Shown in pieces: positions 47,055 to 55,977 of a stretch of 64,000 bases of DNA. A program made the position numbers and the translations under genes. The DNA comes from a virus. How positions within the stretch are numbered: position 1 is the stretch's first letter; each line of letters starts with the position of its first letter. The notes under the pieces were generated by a model. That model had not been told where the DNA came from. It made no database searches and saw only the letters and a program-made list of their open reading frames with translations. The DNA lies in IMG/VR virus record IMGVR_UViG_3300042389_001739, positions 15,723 to 79,722 of that record; one strand, 5' to 3'.

Positions 47055-48224
47055 ATGCCAAATCCTTCCGTTATCGTTGATCCAACTCAAGACCGGGCGC
47101 AGACGGAACTGGTAAAGATCGCCAGCCGCTATTCTTTCCCGGATTTCGTACGCTCGGCTGATTTGCACGATACGATGAACCCGGCGGATATCGCCATTAC
47201 AGCTTACGCTGACCCGGTGCAGAAGAAATACGCCTGCCACAACGCCGCCGCAACGTGGTTGTCTGCTGTTTATTTCCACGAAAAAGCGGCAGAATACCAT
47301 CCTAAACAGCAAGCACGGATTTGTGAACGCCTTACCCGCTTTGCGGATTATTTTGGGATTCGTCCGGAATATGACAAAATCGTCAAGCGAGCTGAAGACT
47401 TGCGCGGCTCAGACCAGTTACCGGACAGTAGTTATGCCTACGTATGGCAGGGTAAAGACGGGAGCAAGGAACGCTATTACCCGCTAACCAATTCCGTACA
47501 GGTTAAAGCCGCAGCTGAGTGGCTATTTGCAAATCGCGACCGAATTCCTTTTGCAGACCGCAACGTAATTGCAACTAAAATCCTGGAAAAGGCTGCCGCG
47601 TTTAACGCAAACCCCGGCGAAGAGCTGATTACTTTTATTGAGCGACAAGTCGGCCGCGGTTGGCCCGACAAGGCTGAATTACAGTCCGCGCTGGACTATC
47701 GGGTCAAGCTGGCCCGAACCGAAGAACAACGTACGGCGATTACTAAACTGGCGCAGGCGCTGCAAAACACACCACCGCTGGCGTTACAGCAGCCCGAACT
47801 AGTTAAGCTGGCAACAACGCTGGACATGGTGGATTACTCAATCGGCTTGAAAGGCAAATACACCGAGCTGCTGCAACGACCGGAGGATGTAATTTTCCGG
47901 CAGACGTACACGAAGACGGCGGCAGAGCACAGTCGTTTGTGTAACCTTACAACCGGTAATGTCTACAGCAAAACCCAGCTGGCCAAGCTGGCCCGGGAAG
48001 ATATGGTCAATCTGTTCGGGCCAGACTTTGCCAGCGAAGTTTGTACCGGATTTGAAATTAATCCGGAGAAGCTTGCCGCTGTGGCACACACCCTGCCTCG
48101 ACCTGATGCCGAATTACTCGAGCAGCTGTTAGCCGAAGCAGGGCAGTATCCGCAACAAAAAACCGCCTCAGCGCTTGAGCTTGACCCTCAAGCACTGGAA
48201 GAACTTGCTGCGGCCTACGCTTAA
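47055..48224 (+). CDS. Putative virion/head protein with two DUF6582-like repeats, K-x-A rich
   Basis: ATG at 47055 with GGAG upstream; repeats AYADPVQKKYA..N and LPDSSYA...ERYYPL.N; 13 of 23 Lys are in KxA. Confidence 0.55.
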   Translation: MPNPSVIVDPTQDRAQTELVKIASRYSFPDFVRSADLHDTMNPADIAITAYADPVQKKYACHNAAATWLSAVYFHEKAAEYHPKQQARICERLTRFADYFGIRPEYDKIVKRAEDLRGSDQLPDSSYAYVWQGKDGSKERYYPLTNSVQVKAAAEWLFANRDRIPFADRNVIATKILEKAAAFNANPGEELITFIERQVGRGWPDKAELQSALDYRVKLARTEEQRTAITKLAQALQNTPPLALQQPELVKLATTLDMVDYSIGLKGKYTELLQRPEDVIFRQTYTKTAAEHSRLCNLTTGNVYSKTQLAKLAREDMVNLFGPDFASEVCTGFEINPEKLAAVAHTLPRPDAELLEQLLAEAGQYPQQKTASALELDPQALEELAAAYA

Positions 48225-49432
48225 AAAATTTTATTGGCATTTTCTGAAAGAAATTGCACAGAGAACACCGGAACTCCAGCTGCCGTTATATTAGGACGGC
48301 AGTTGTGTTGCGTCCGCCACAGTTCAATTGCCGTGTATAAGGCAGCGTCCGCTGCCCGCGTCTGTTTAACCGCATATTTTTGAACAAAGTCACCCAGTGT
48401 CATCTCGGCTACAGCAAGTGACTCTTTTTCTTGATTTAGCTTGGTTACGAGCTCGGTCAACCGGTCCACTTCCGCAGACAACCGGTCGATTTCGTTGTAT
48501 TTCGTTAAATCGCCCGAGGTCGCCTTTTTTACAGATCTATGCTCTTGACAGAGGGCCGCGTAGATAATTTCGGATTGCAGTCCGAACTGTCTAAATGTTC
48601 GGAAACATTCCCGCTCGAGTAGACGTGACGCCGCGTACAATAAGTGCATTGCACTTATTTCTGCAACTGCAAAATTTGGATCATGCGCATTGTTTAGGCA
48701 TACGCGAATTTCGTTTGCCCGCCCAAGCAGTGATTTTAATCGATTTGCATCTTTAAATTTAACTTTCGGGTCAACAGCACTCTCAACCTCCGCCAACGTT
48801 GCCAACGCCTGTTTCCAGGCAGTTAAATCGACCTTTCGCTGGAGAAAGTAGGCTTTTACCGACGTTTCTGTGTCGGTAAAAGCTTGTAGCAGATCGATAT
48901 GCGCAGCTGCGGCTCGCCCGTCCCTGGCTGCAATCGTCTCCGCTGCTGCTAAGAGTATGCGGCTTTCACCGTCATACACATAGCGTTTGCGCGTTTTGAC
49001 TTTTACGCTGCTCGTTTGGTCTTTTTCCGGCATTTCGATAGCCTTCTGTTCTTCCTGAGCGGCGTCAGCGGTTAAAAGTTCCCGAAAGACGGTTTCATTT
49101 AACCACTCGCACACGGCTCCTTTTGTGTGGTCAATCAGATCCTTGATCTGATTGAGCCCCGTTTGACTTAAAATACGAACATACCCGTGCCGAGGCACGT
49201 ACTTCGGCACCAAATTAGTCGTTGTGGCTTTCAGTTCTTTACTGACATCGACATACTGCGCCAGCTTTTGGGTGCATAAATCAATACCTAGCAGGCTCTG
49301 TAGACTGAATACGCAGACGTAAGGCGTCTGCGTGGTTTCGTCCACACCTGCCAGTACGGTCTCATTATCATACCCGTATGGGTATGTGAACGGTTTTAAC
49401 TGCACTTCAAGTTTTGCTGCTGTAATCTGCAT
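48221..49432 (-). CDS. Bro-N-like domain fused to a Clp N-terminal double repeat and coiled coil
   Basis: ILSQTGLNQI...EWLNETVF (Bro-N); SRILLAAAETIA...HIDLLQAF and LKSLLGRANEI...EISAMHLLYA (Clp_N repeats). Confidence 0.55.
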   Translation of the reverse strand: MQITAAKLEVQLKPFTYPYGYDNETVLAGVDETTQTPYVCVFSLQSLLGIDLCTQKLAQYVDVSKELKATTTNLVPKYVPRHGYVRILSQTGLNQIKDLIDHTKGAVCEWLNETVFRELLTADAAQEEQKAIEMPEKDQTSSVKVKTRKRYVYDGESRILLAAAETIAARDGRAAAAHIDLLQAFTDTETSVKAYFLQRKVDLTAWKQALATLAEVESAVDPKVKFKDANRLKSLLGRANEIRVCLNNAHDPNFAVAEISAMHLLYAASRLLERECFRTFRQFGLQSEIIYAALCQEHRSVKKATSGDLTKYNEIDRLSAEVDRLTELVTKLNQEKESLAVAEMTLGDFVQKYAVKQTRAADAALYTAIELWRTQHNCRPNITAAGVPVFSVQFLSENANKIF

Positions 49433-50093
49433 GTTTCTGTTTCCTCGGGATACTTTGTTTTCTAAAACACAATTGACATTTTGAGCACGTGGTCGTTGTT
49501 ATGCCGTTTTCGGCAGGGCAGACCAACGTGTAGCTGTACCACTTTCTGACCGTGCGGGTATCAACCCGGAATACCAAATCGACCGGGAAATCCGGATGAT
49601 CGTGATCATTGAGTGCCATGTACGCTCGACGTACATGAGGCGACTCCGGCGGTGCTCCGGTTTCCCGGTCGCAGCTAAACCAGAGCGAAACGTTAGGTTC
49701 AGCGGCCAGTTTTAGTAGCCAGGGAAGTAGCTCTGAATCACGCCAGCTACGCGTATAGCCGAAAAAACGTGTTCCTTTGGCACCCCTTGCGATTTTAATC
49801 CACTTGCGGACATACGCGCGGGAGTAAAAATCTCCCGACGCGTGGATTCGTACAATATGTGGCAATGTTGCGCGAATATGCTCGATCATCTTCTGAGCAA
49901 AATCGCGTTTTCGGCTTTGTTTCAATGCTTTTTCATTTGCATCCTTTACTGAAGTGTGGCGGTAATGCCCGCGCATGGCGTAACACATGGCCAGACAAAG
50001 GAGTGTAGCTCCAACGCAGATTTTTTTAAAACCACTGGGAATCGACCAGTGCTTAATCTTTTCCCCCAACTTGGAGGTGCCGTTCTTCAGCAT
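49407..50093 (-). CDS. GP88-family protein (Cys-cluster, radical-SAM-like)
   Basis: GTSKLG...SIP....CVGATLLCLAMCYA, RIHASGDFYS, YTRSW, CP..CSKCQLC. Confidence 0.75.
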   Translation of the reverse strand: MLKNGTSKLGEKIKHWSIPSGFKKICVGATLLCLAMCYAMRGHYRHTSVKDANEKALKQSRKRDFAQKMIEHIRATLPHIVRIHASGDFYSRAYVRKWIKIARGAKGTRFFGYTRSWRDSELLPWLLKLAAEPNVSLWFSCDRETGAPPESPHVRRAYMALNDHDHPDFPVDLVFRVDTRTVRKWYSYTLVCPAENGITTTTCSKCQLCFRKQSIPRKQKHADYSSKT

Positions 50094-50194
50094 GTTACCT
50101 CATTTGAAAAACAAAAACGGAAACGAAACGCGACGCTTAGTTCGCTTCTTTGCAGGTCGAGCGGGGCGCCACCGTAAGTTGCATACGGCAGCGC

Positions 50195-50791
50195 TTAGAA
50201 CTCCGGGGAAGTGTTTTTCCCTTGCATTAACTGGAGCTGAGCACGCGCGCCTGATTTACCCAGCGTGCCCGCCGGTAAATAGAGATATTCTTCAAGTTTG
50301 GTTAACATTAATAAGTTTAAAGTAACCAGATTTTTTAAAATTTGTTCGGGATCGATTTGCGACTGTGTGTCAGTCGCAATCTCCTGGAGAAACTTTTTAT
50401 GTTCACCAAGATTGAAATCTAATTTCTGCTCGATTTCTGTTACGATATCCAGCATAATTTGCGCAAACCGGCTCATCTTTTCTTCCACCGCCGGTTTGAG
50501 CTTTACCGCGCGTACAGGTTTTTCCTCCGCAGGGGTTTGCACTGTTTTTTCAATTAACCCTTTGATGGGCATTGAATACTTTTTGCAAATCGCGGTTAAA
50601 TCTGCTTTTGTCAAAGCTAGATTTTTTTCTGTACGTAGTTGGTACAGAATGTCCGGCCATGATTTGTGACTGATATTTTCCCAGTTAGCTTGTAACCAGG
50701 CCTGGGCGTCCGATTTTATTTGGGTTTTAGTCATGATATTAACGTAACTCCGCAACGCTGCTCGCTGGATAAATATTGGTTTCCGGACCAC
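50195..50791 (-). CDS. Hypothetical protein (likely start ATG near 50734)
   Basis: Long ORF; GGAG precedes the internal ATG. Confidence 0.7.
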   Translation of the reverse strand: MVRKPIFIQRAALRSYVNIMTKTQIKSDAQAWLQANWENISHKSWPDILYQLRTEKNLALTKADLTAICKKYSMPIKGLIEKTVQTPAEEKPVRAVKLKPAVEEKMSRFAQIMLDIVTEIEQKLDFNLGEHKKFLQEIATDTQSQIDPEQILKNLVTLNLLMLTKLEEYLYLPAGTLGKSGARAQLQLMQGKNTSPEF

Positions 50792-51179
50792 GTCCGAAAA
50801 TCAACAACTCGACAAAAATTGCATCCTCCTCCTCGCACAAGCCTTTCACAATCCCTTGTTCGTTCAGGTAAGCTAAGCCGCCATTTTTGTCTGGGCCTGT
50901 AACTGTGGCTGGAATCGCTTTCTCCTGATACACCAATGCTCTTTGCTTTGTCGTTTCCTGTATTTTTTTGAAGTTTTTAATGTCTTCTTCAAAACTTTCA
51001 AAATCTACGGCACTTCCCAGTATTTGCGATGCAATGCAATACACATGCTGTGCCGGATTCCCGCCCAGCCCAACGTGAGTCTGGTAGCTCTCGTATAGCT
51101 CATTGTTGTGTCGCGTGTAATGGGCCAGCTTCTTAATGGCTGCAATTTCTGCTCGAGTCAGGGTATAAAAATCCATCAA
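50739..51179 (-). CDS. Hypothetical protein
   Basis: 146 aa, coupled to neighbours. Confidence 0.65.
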   Translation of the reverse strand: MMDFYTLTRAEIAAIKKLAHYTRHNNELYESYQTHVGLGGNPAQHVYCIASQILGSAVDFESFEEDIKNFKKIQETTKQRALVYQEKAIPATVTGPDKNGGLAYLNEQGIVKGLCEEEDAIFVELLIFGRGPETNIYPASSVAELR

Positions 51180-51382
51180 TTTTTACCTTTAGTTGGATCG
51201 CATTGGTAAGGTATTGCGGAAACAAAATACGGACAGACACTTCCTTGTATTACGTCAGCAGGAGGTGCGATCATCCGTTGCCATGGGTGATTTGGAACCG
51301 GCGGTTCTGTATAGCGGCGGCAGGTGTAGTTCACCGGGCAACCTTCACCCGTGCAGCGAGCCACGTCAGCAGGCATCGTCAT
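51176..51382 (-). CDS. Small Cys-rich phage protein
   Basis: DVARC.G..CP....C.RY motif. Confidence 0.65.
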   Translation of the reverse strand: MTMPADVARCTGEGCPVNYTCRRYTEPPVPNHPWQRMIAPPADVIQGSVCPYFVSAIPYQCDPTKGKN

Positions 51383-51858
51383 GTTAATTTCTCAAGTTGA
51401 CCGGTTACCTGCGTATTACCGGCCCGTTCGTTTTTAGTCATTGTGGCTTTGTACCGTTCTTTCCAGCCGCTTGTCAGTTTATTCAGCTCGTCGGCAAGGA
51501 ATTTGTCGGTCATCGCTGCCAATGTCACAGGATCGTCAGGTATCACAGACAGCACGCTGTTCGTGATATGTTTAAGCCAGACAAAACCGTCACCGGCTTC
51601 TGCCTTCTCCAACTCGGCGGCAAACAGGATACACGCCAACTTGAGATACTCGTCCATAGGAAAACTCGGTGTAAACGAGCTCGAAGCCGCGCGCGACACA
51701 ACTCCTTTTGCGCTGATGGTGATTTCGTATGGATATTGTCCGCTCGGAACAGTTTCGCCTGCCTCCTTAAACTTGGCCATTAACTGTTCAACCAGCTTAC
51801 TGAGCGCCAGTGCTTCCACTGCGGTGATTTTAGATTTTGCCATTTTTATCCTGTTCAA
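51379..51858 (-). CDS. Hypothetical protein (likely start ATG 51843)
   Basis: Tiles the operon. Confidence 0.7.
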   Translation of the reverse strand: MNRIKMAKSKITAVEALALSKLVEQLMAKFKEAGETVPSGQYPYEITISAKGVVSRAASSSFTPSFPMDEYLKLACILFAAELEKAEAGDGFVWLKHITNSVLSVIPDDPVTLAAMTDKFLADELNKLTSGWKERYKATMTKNERAGNTQVTGQLEKLT

Positions 51859-52156
51859 ATCTGGAATTTAAGAATGTGATCTCAGCTGCGATCGCAGCCT
51901 GTCTGGAATCAAATGGACCAAGGATTGGTCCATCTAAAATCCGTGCCTGCCAGCGACAGGGCCACCGTCGCGTAAACTCTGCCAGTCTTGAGTCATCCCG
52001 ACACCGGTTCCTGATACGGTAAAACATCCAACGCACAGCACGGTTTGTTGGCTCGATTCGACTCACGCGACGACGCGAGCTTAGTTTCAGCATTCGCGTC
52101 ACGTCGCTTGCCAATCCTTCCGTTAGCCCGTCACAGTCAATAAAGATTACCGGCAT
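51830..52156 (-). CDS. Conserved small protein of DUF1257/DUF2997/AAA loci
   Basis: RRVSRIEP...W.A....GPILGPFDSRQAAIAAE pattern. Confidence 0.6.
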   Translation of the reverse strand: MPVIFIDCDGLTEGLASDVTRMLKLSSRRRVSRIEPTNRAVRWMFYRIRNRCRDDSRLAEFTRRWPCRWQARILDGPILGPFDSRQAAIAAEITFLNSRFEQDKNGKI

Positions 52157-52368
52157 TTTTCTGTCTCCAGTAATTCTGCCATTGTGGGTGCCTTCGCTGT
52201 GTGCACCAGGCCGATATTCTGATGCTGCCGCGTTTCGTGCGATATGCCATACTTGTCCACGACCTCCTGCAGCGTAGCAGGAGGTTCATGGGCCAAGCGA
52301 AACATCAGATAAATTTCGGAAGTTTGGTCATTCTGCCATACTTCCACTACCATCTGCGGTACGCTCAT
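52147..52368 (-). CDS. Hypothetical protein
   Basis: 73 aa, overlaps neighbours. Confidence 0.55.
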   Translation of the reverse strand: MSVPQMVVEVWQNDQTSEIYLMFRLAHEPPATLQEVVDKYGISHETRQHQNIGLVHTAKAPTMAELLETEKCR

Positions 52369-53635
52369 TCTCTACCCTCAGTTTAATTTTACGCGTAGGT
52401 CGGATTTGCTGCTGGGTCCGCATTTCCAAGCCCCCTTCGCTGATTTGGCGGGCGAACCCTTGAAATGTATCACGCATTGTGGTGCGAGCAAAGGGCGAAT
52501 TTTTAAGCTGTTTGGTGATTTCCGACGCACTGCCGCCTGCACTGCGCAGCGTATCCTCGACATCCGCTGCCAGCTTAGCCAGGTCGGCAACTTCGGTTGA
52601 TTCACCCAACATGGATTTTACGGTGCTAATCTTGTGGGCCAGCGCCAGCAGGTTGTCAAAAGCACTTTGCGTTAGAATCTTGTACTCTTCCGACTCGTAT
52701 GGTTTGAGTCCGTTATATTCATCCTTTGTAATTAGGTGCTCTTCGGGCTTACCTGTCTGCACCAATTTATTTTGTTCGTTCGTTGTTGCTCGCTGAACCG
52801 TAATCAGCAGTTTACCCTCCGGAATATCTTCCGGGGCTTCTTGATGGGTCAAAATATGCTGAACTTCTGCGTTCCGCAGATCCGCCCATGCATGGTCTGG
52901 CGGCGGCAGCAAGCGAATCCGTTTGCCGCAGCTCTTAGCTACCGCATTAACCATGGTTTTAAATTCCAGCACCAATTCGGCCGTAGCTCCGTCGATGCTG
53001 GCCTTCATCCGGGCCTCGGCCTGTTCCCGCAGATACCTTGCAGTCTCAGGGGCCACGTCAGCCAGTGTGAATGTGGCGTTGAACGGCTCGATACGCGGGA
53101 TATCGCAGGTGACCGAATCGGCGATCTGGTTGGCCGAGGGGTATTTGCGTTCAATCACGGCCCAATCCTTGCCCAGCGCATCTTGATCGGCCTGGCGGAT
53201 TCGGTCGTAATTTTCCTGCTCCGCAACGCGTTTGCCCCAGCTAAGGTATTGTGCCTTAGCAGTATTAAACCGGCTGAGAAACTCGTCAATTTTACATGCT
53301 TCGATCAGGTAGCTACCGGCAACCTTTTCGGTTTTCACATCATCTTTGTTTAAAGCAGATGATATGAGCGTGTACTCTGGAATGGTATACTCGTTGCGGA
53401 TCGCCGTGAGCATACGCTTGAGTGCCTGCCCTTCCTGGATTAATGGATCCCGACCAGCGCCGAGGATGGCGTAAGAACCACGAATGATTTTTTTATCGAT
53501 CCCCAGATCGGCGGCCATTGCCGTCTTGGCTTGTTCCGTAAAACTCAGAGCACCCGGCAACCAGCCGATCTGAAACTTTACCGAGTAATACCGTACGTTT
53601 TCTTTCTTCTCGAAATCAAATTCCAACTGACTCAT
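52328..53635 (-). CDS. DUF3150-like protein with an internal ~76-aa insert
   Basis: Helical protein downstream of the AAA ATPase; GSYLI....IDEF, KYPSA motifs; family call tentative. Confidence 0.5.
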   Translation of the reverse strand: MSQLEFDFEKKENVRYYSVKFQIGWLPGALSFTEQAKTAMAADLGIDKKIIRGSYAILGAGRDPLIQEGQALKRMLTAIRNEYTIPEYTLISSALNKDDVKTEKVAGSYLIEACKIDEFLSRFNTAKAQYLSWGKRVAEQENYDRIRQADQDALGKDWAVIERKYPSANQIADSVTCDIPRIEPFNATFTLADVAPETARYLREQAEARMKASIDGATAELVLEFKTMVNAVAKSCGKRIRLLPPPDHAWADLRNAEVQHILTHQEAPEDIPEGKLLITVQRATTNEQNKLVQTGKPEEHLITKDEYNGLKPYESEEYKILTQSAFDNLLALAHKISTVKSMLGESTEVADLAKLAADVEDTLRSAGGSASEITKQLKNSPFARTTMRDTFQGFARQISEGGLEMRTQQQIRPTRKIKLRVENERTADGSGSMAE

Positions 53636-53907
53636 GGTTTTCCTTTTTGAAGATAGTTCAAAGCCAACTTTTGGGTTCGTTTGTAATTATCTGCCTGTTT
53701 ATTGTGTTGTTCGTAGTAACGCATCACCGCCAAGATCCGGTCCAGGTAACTTGGCTGCAGTTCTTCCACGTAGGCCCAGTAGTCCGAGCCGACCCAGAAG
53801 TCTTGTGGGTGTAATAGAAGATGCGGCGCCTGCCCGTGGTTATCTGCGTTATAACAAACCCGATAACAGGCAGAGCGCCGACCTCGCCGGATTACGTGCA
53901 AACTCAC
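53632..53907 (-). CDS. Hypothetical protein
   Basis: 91 aa, 4-bp overlaps on both sides. Confidence 0.6.
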   Translation of the reverse strand: MSLHVIRRGRRSACYRVCYNADNHGQAPHLLLHPQDFWVGSDYWAYVEELQPSYLDRILAVMRYYEQHNKQADNYKRTQKLALNYLQKGKP

Positions 53908-55769
53908 GTGCTGCGGTTCACCAGTTTGCGTGTCACTTTTCTGGGTTCAGTGGTTTGTTTAACATTTTTCGGGTGTTTGAATCGTTCACCCGTTTCGGCG
54001 CAGATACAGCCAGCAGCTTCTGCCCAATACATTAAGTCATCCATCTGTTTTGGGTTTTTCTCATAGGATGGAGTTATCCAGCGAGCAGCGTCCTTGAGGG
54101 GCACCCGCTGAAGTTCCGCCAGACGGCAGCAGGACATGATGTCAGCCGGTGTCCAGAATTCATCGGCGGGTAATTCCTGGCTTTCCAGCTCGTGTCGTTT
54201 CAGGTACATCTGCCAGGCCGCATCCTTGGAAGCGCGGCCCGGGAAGCCCACAAACATCAACGCATCCACCCGACCGGATCGGGTGATCTCGTCGGGTAGG
54301 TTGGCGATGTTGTTGGCCGCGGACAGAACCAGGTTGCTGTTCTGGTTATTGAACCAGGTCAGCAATGTACCCAGCAGCCGGTTCTCGACGCCGCCCGACT
54401 CACCGCCGGACCCGCCCTGCGGCAAGAACCGCTGGAACTCGTCGATAGCCAGGATACCGCCGATCATCTCTACGGTGGCCAGCATGCGGGCCAGGATCTT
54501 GTCGGTATCGCCCAACCATTTGGAGTAGAGGTTGGACGCCTGCATTGATGCCAGGGGCGTTTGGAACTCACCCGAGCAACACTGCATGGTAAAGGATTTG
54601 CCGGTGCCCGGCACTCCTAACATCAACACGTGTTTCATCTTGGCCCGTTCCGGTACGTCCGGTCGAAACCCGTTGCGCAGGAAATGCTTGAGCCCGGTTA
54701 AACCCACTACCGACCGGAACGAGTAGAAGTCCCGCTCAGGGCGATATGTGCTTTCAAACTGTGCTTTAGGCATAGGGTCCAGCCAGCGCTCGACTCGCTT
54801 GCCGTTTTCGATGTAGCGGATTTTGACTCGCAATTCGTCCGGCTTGAGTTGCTTGTTGGTTGCGTGGGTCTCTTCCGCGATAGACGTCACATCCGTGACG
54901 TGCTGCAGTTCCAGATCCGGTACCGGCCAAAGCCGGGTCTGCTGCACGAACTGTGGACTCCAGACGTCCAGTTTGCTGGATCGTGAAAGGTGGTTTGCCT
55001 TCTTCGCGAACAGCGCACTGGTTTCCAGAAATCCGAAGTCAGTCAGCACTTCGGCGGCGTATTGGCTGACCTTGGCCCGCGACAATCCTGCGGTGGCCGC
55101 GAGAACGCCAGGTGTTATTTCGTCCACGCCCAGCGATGTGCAGATTTCCGCACGTTCTTCCTCGTCGGGTAGCCGGTGATGGATGAACTCGCAATGTTCT
55201 GCCAGTTCGAGAGGTAGCTCGAACTCCGGTGTCGTCTGTAACACCAGGAATGAGTTGGTAGTCTGGCCAATATTAATAAGCTTTTGCACCAACGCCAGTA
55301 TAAAGCTGTCTACGGGGCCTTGCGATCCGGACGGGCAGAGATGTCGGTCAAAGTTCCGAATCACCAGGATGCGTAGATCCTGGTCTTCGGGCTTCGTTTC
55401 CCCTGTAATTTCTCGACTTTGGCGATCCCTTGCCGCGTTCAGCACAATTTGCAGCGCATCGTGCAGGCCAACTTTTGGCGCCACGTCCAGTCCCAATCCC
55501 ACGTCAGGGCTAAACCGCTCTCCTGCTGCATTGGTTAACCCGTCAGCCGCATCCCATAATAATAGTTCCCACTTTTCGTCAGCACGTACTGACGCCTGTG
55601 CAATTTCTGCCAGGCTGTAAACCACGTTTTCGGGTTCAACGCTTGTTAGCACAATACCGCTCTGGGCGGCATCAAAGGCCTTGCGCAGCTGTTCAACAAT
55701 TGTCATTCTTTTAATCCTGTTGGGGTGGGGTATTTTATTCGGTTTCACGTACCAGGGCGACATGGTCAC
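53904..55769 (-). CDS. Ycf46-like AAA+ ATPase (likely start ATG 55706)
   Basis: Inactive N-terminal AAA-like domain (WDAADGL, LPLEL), then GVPGTGKS, IDEFQ, AANN, RSGRVD. Confidence 0.88.
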   Translation of the reverse strand: MTMSPWYVKPNKIPHPNRIKRMTIVEQLRKAFDAAQSGIVLTSVEPENVVYSLAEIAQASVRADEKWELLLWDAADGLTNAAGERFSPDVGLGLDVAPKVGLHDALQIVLNAARDRQSREITGETKPEDQDLRILVIRNFDRHLCPSGSQGPVDSFILALVQKLINIGQTTNSFLVLQTTPEFELPLELAEHCEFIHHRLPDEEERAEICTSLGVDEITPGVLAATAGLSRAKVSQYAAEVLTDFGFLETSALFAKKANHLSRSSKLDVWSPQFVQQTRLWPVPDLELQHVTDVTSIAEETHATNKQLKPDELRVKIRYIENGKRVERWLDPMPKAQFESTYRPERDFYSFRSVVGLTGLKHFLRNGFRPDVPERAKMKHVLMLGVPGTGKSFTMQCCSGEFQTPLASMQASNLYSKWLGDTDKILARMLATVEMIGGILAIDEFQRFLPQGGSGGESGGVENRLLGTLLTWFNNQNSNLVLSAANNIANLPDEITRSGRVDALMFVGFPGRASKDAAWQMYLKRHELESQELPADEFWTPADIMSCCRLAELQRVPLKDAARWITPSYEKNPKQMDDLMYWAEAAGCICAETGERFKHPKNVKQTTEPRKVTRKLVNRST

Positions 55770-55977
55770 CCAGGTAAAATTCCGGCTTTTTAACCGATTC
55801 GGTAGGAGCCCCGCCGATCAGGGTTTTAGTCAGCGGCGTGGTGGCTTTCACGCAACTACCGCCCTGGTACCCGTTGGCTTCGACTTGCGTCTGGCCTTCT
55901 TTATCGATGATGATTGTAATTTTACGCATTTGGTTTAACCTCTCATCTCGGTGTGACTTCAATCTTAATTCTTCCAT
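55735..55977 (-). CDS. DUF2997 protein (likely start ATG 55929)
   Basis: ITIIIDKEGQTQVEANGYQGGSCVKAT...KPEFY. Confidence 0.8.
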   Translation of the reverse strand: MEELRLKSHRDERLNQMRKITIIIDKEGQTQVEANGYQGGSCVKATTPLTKTLIGGAPTESVKKPEFYLGDHVALVRETE

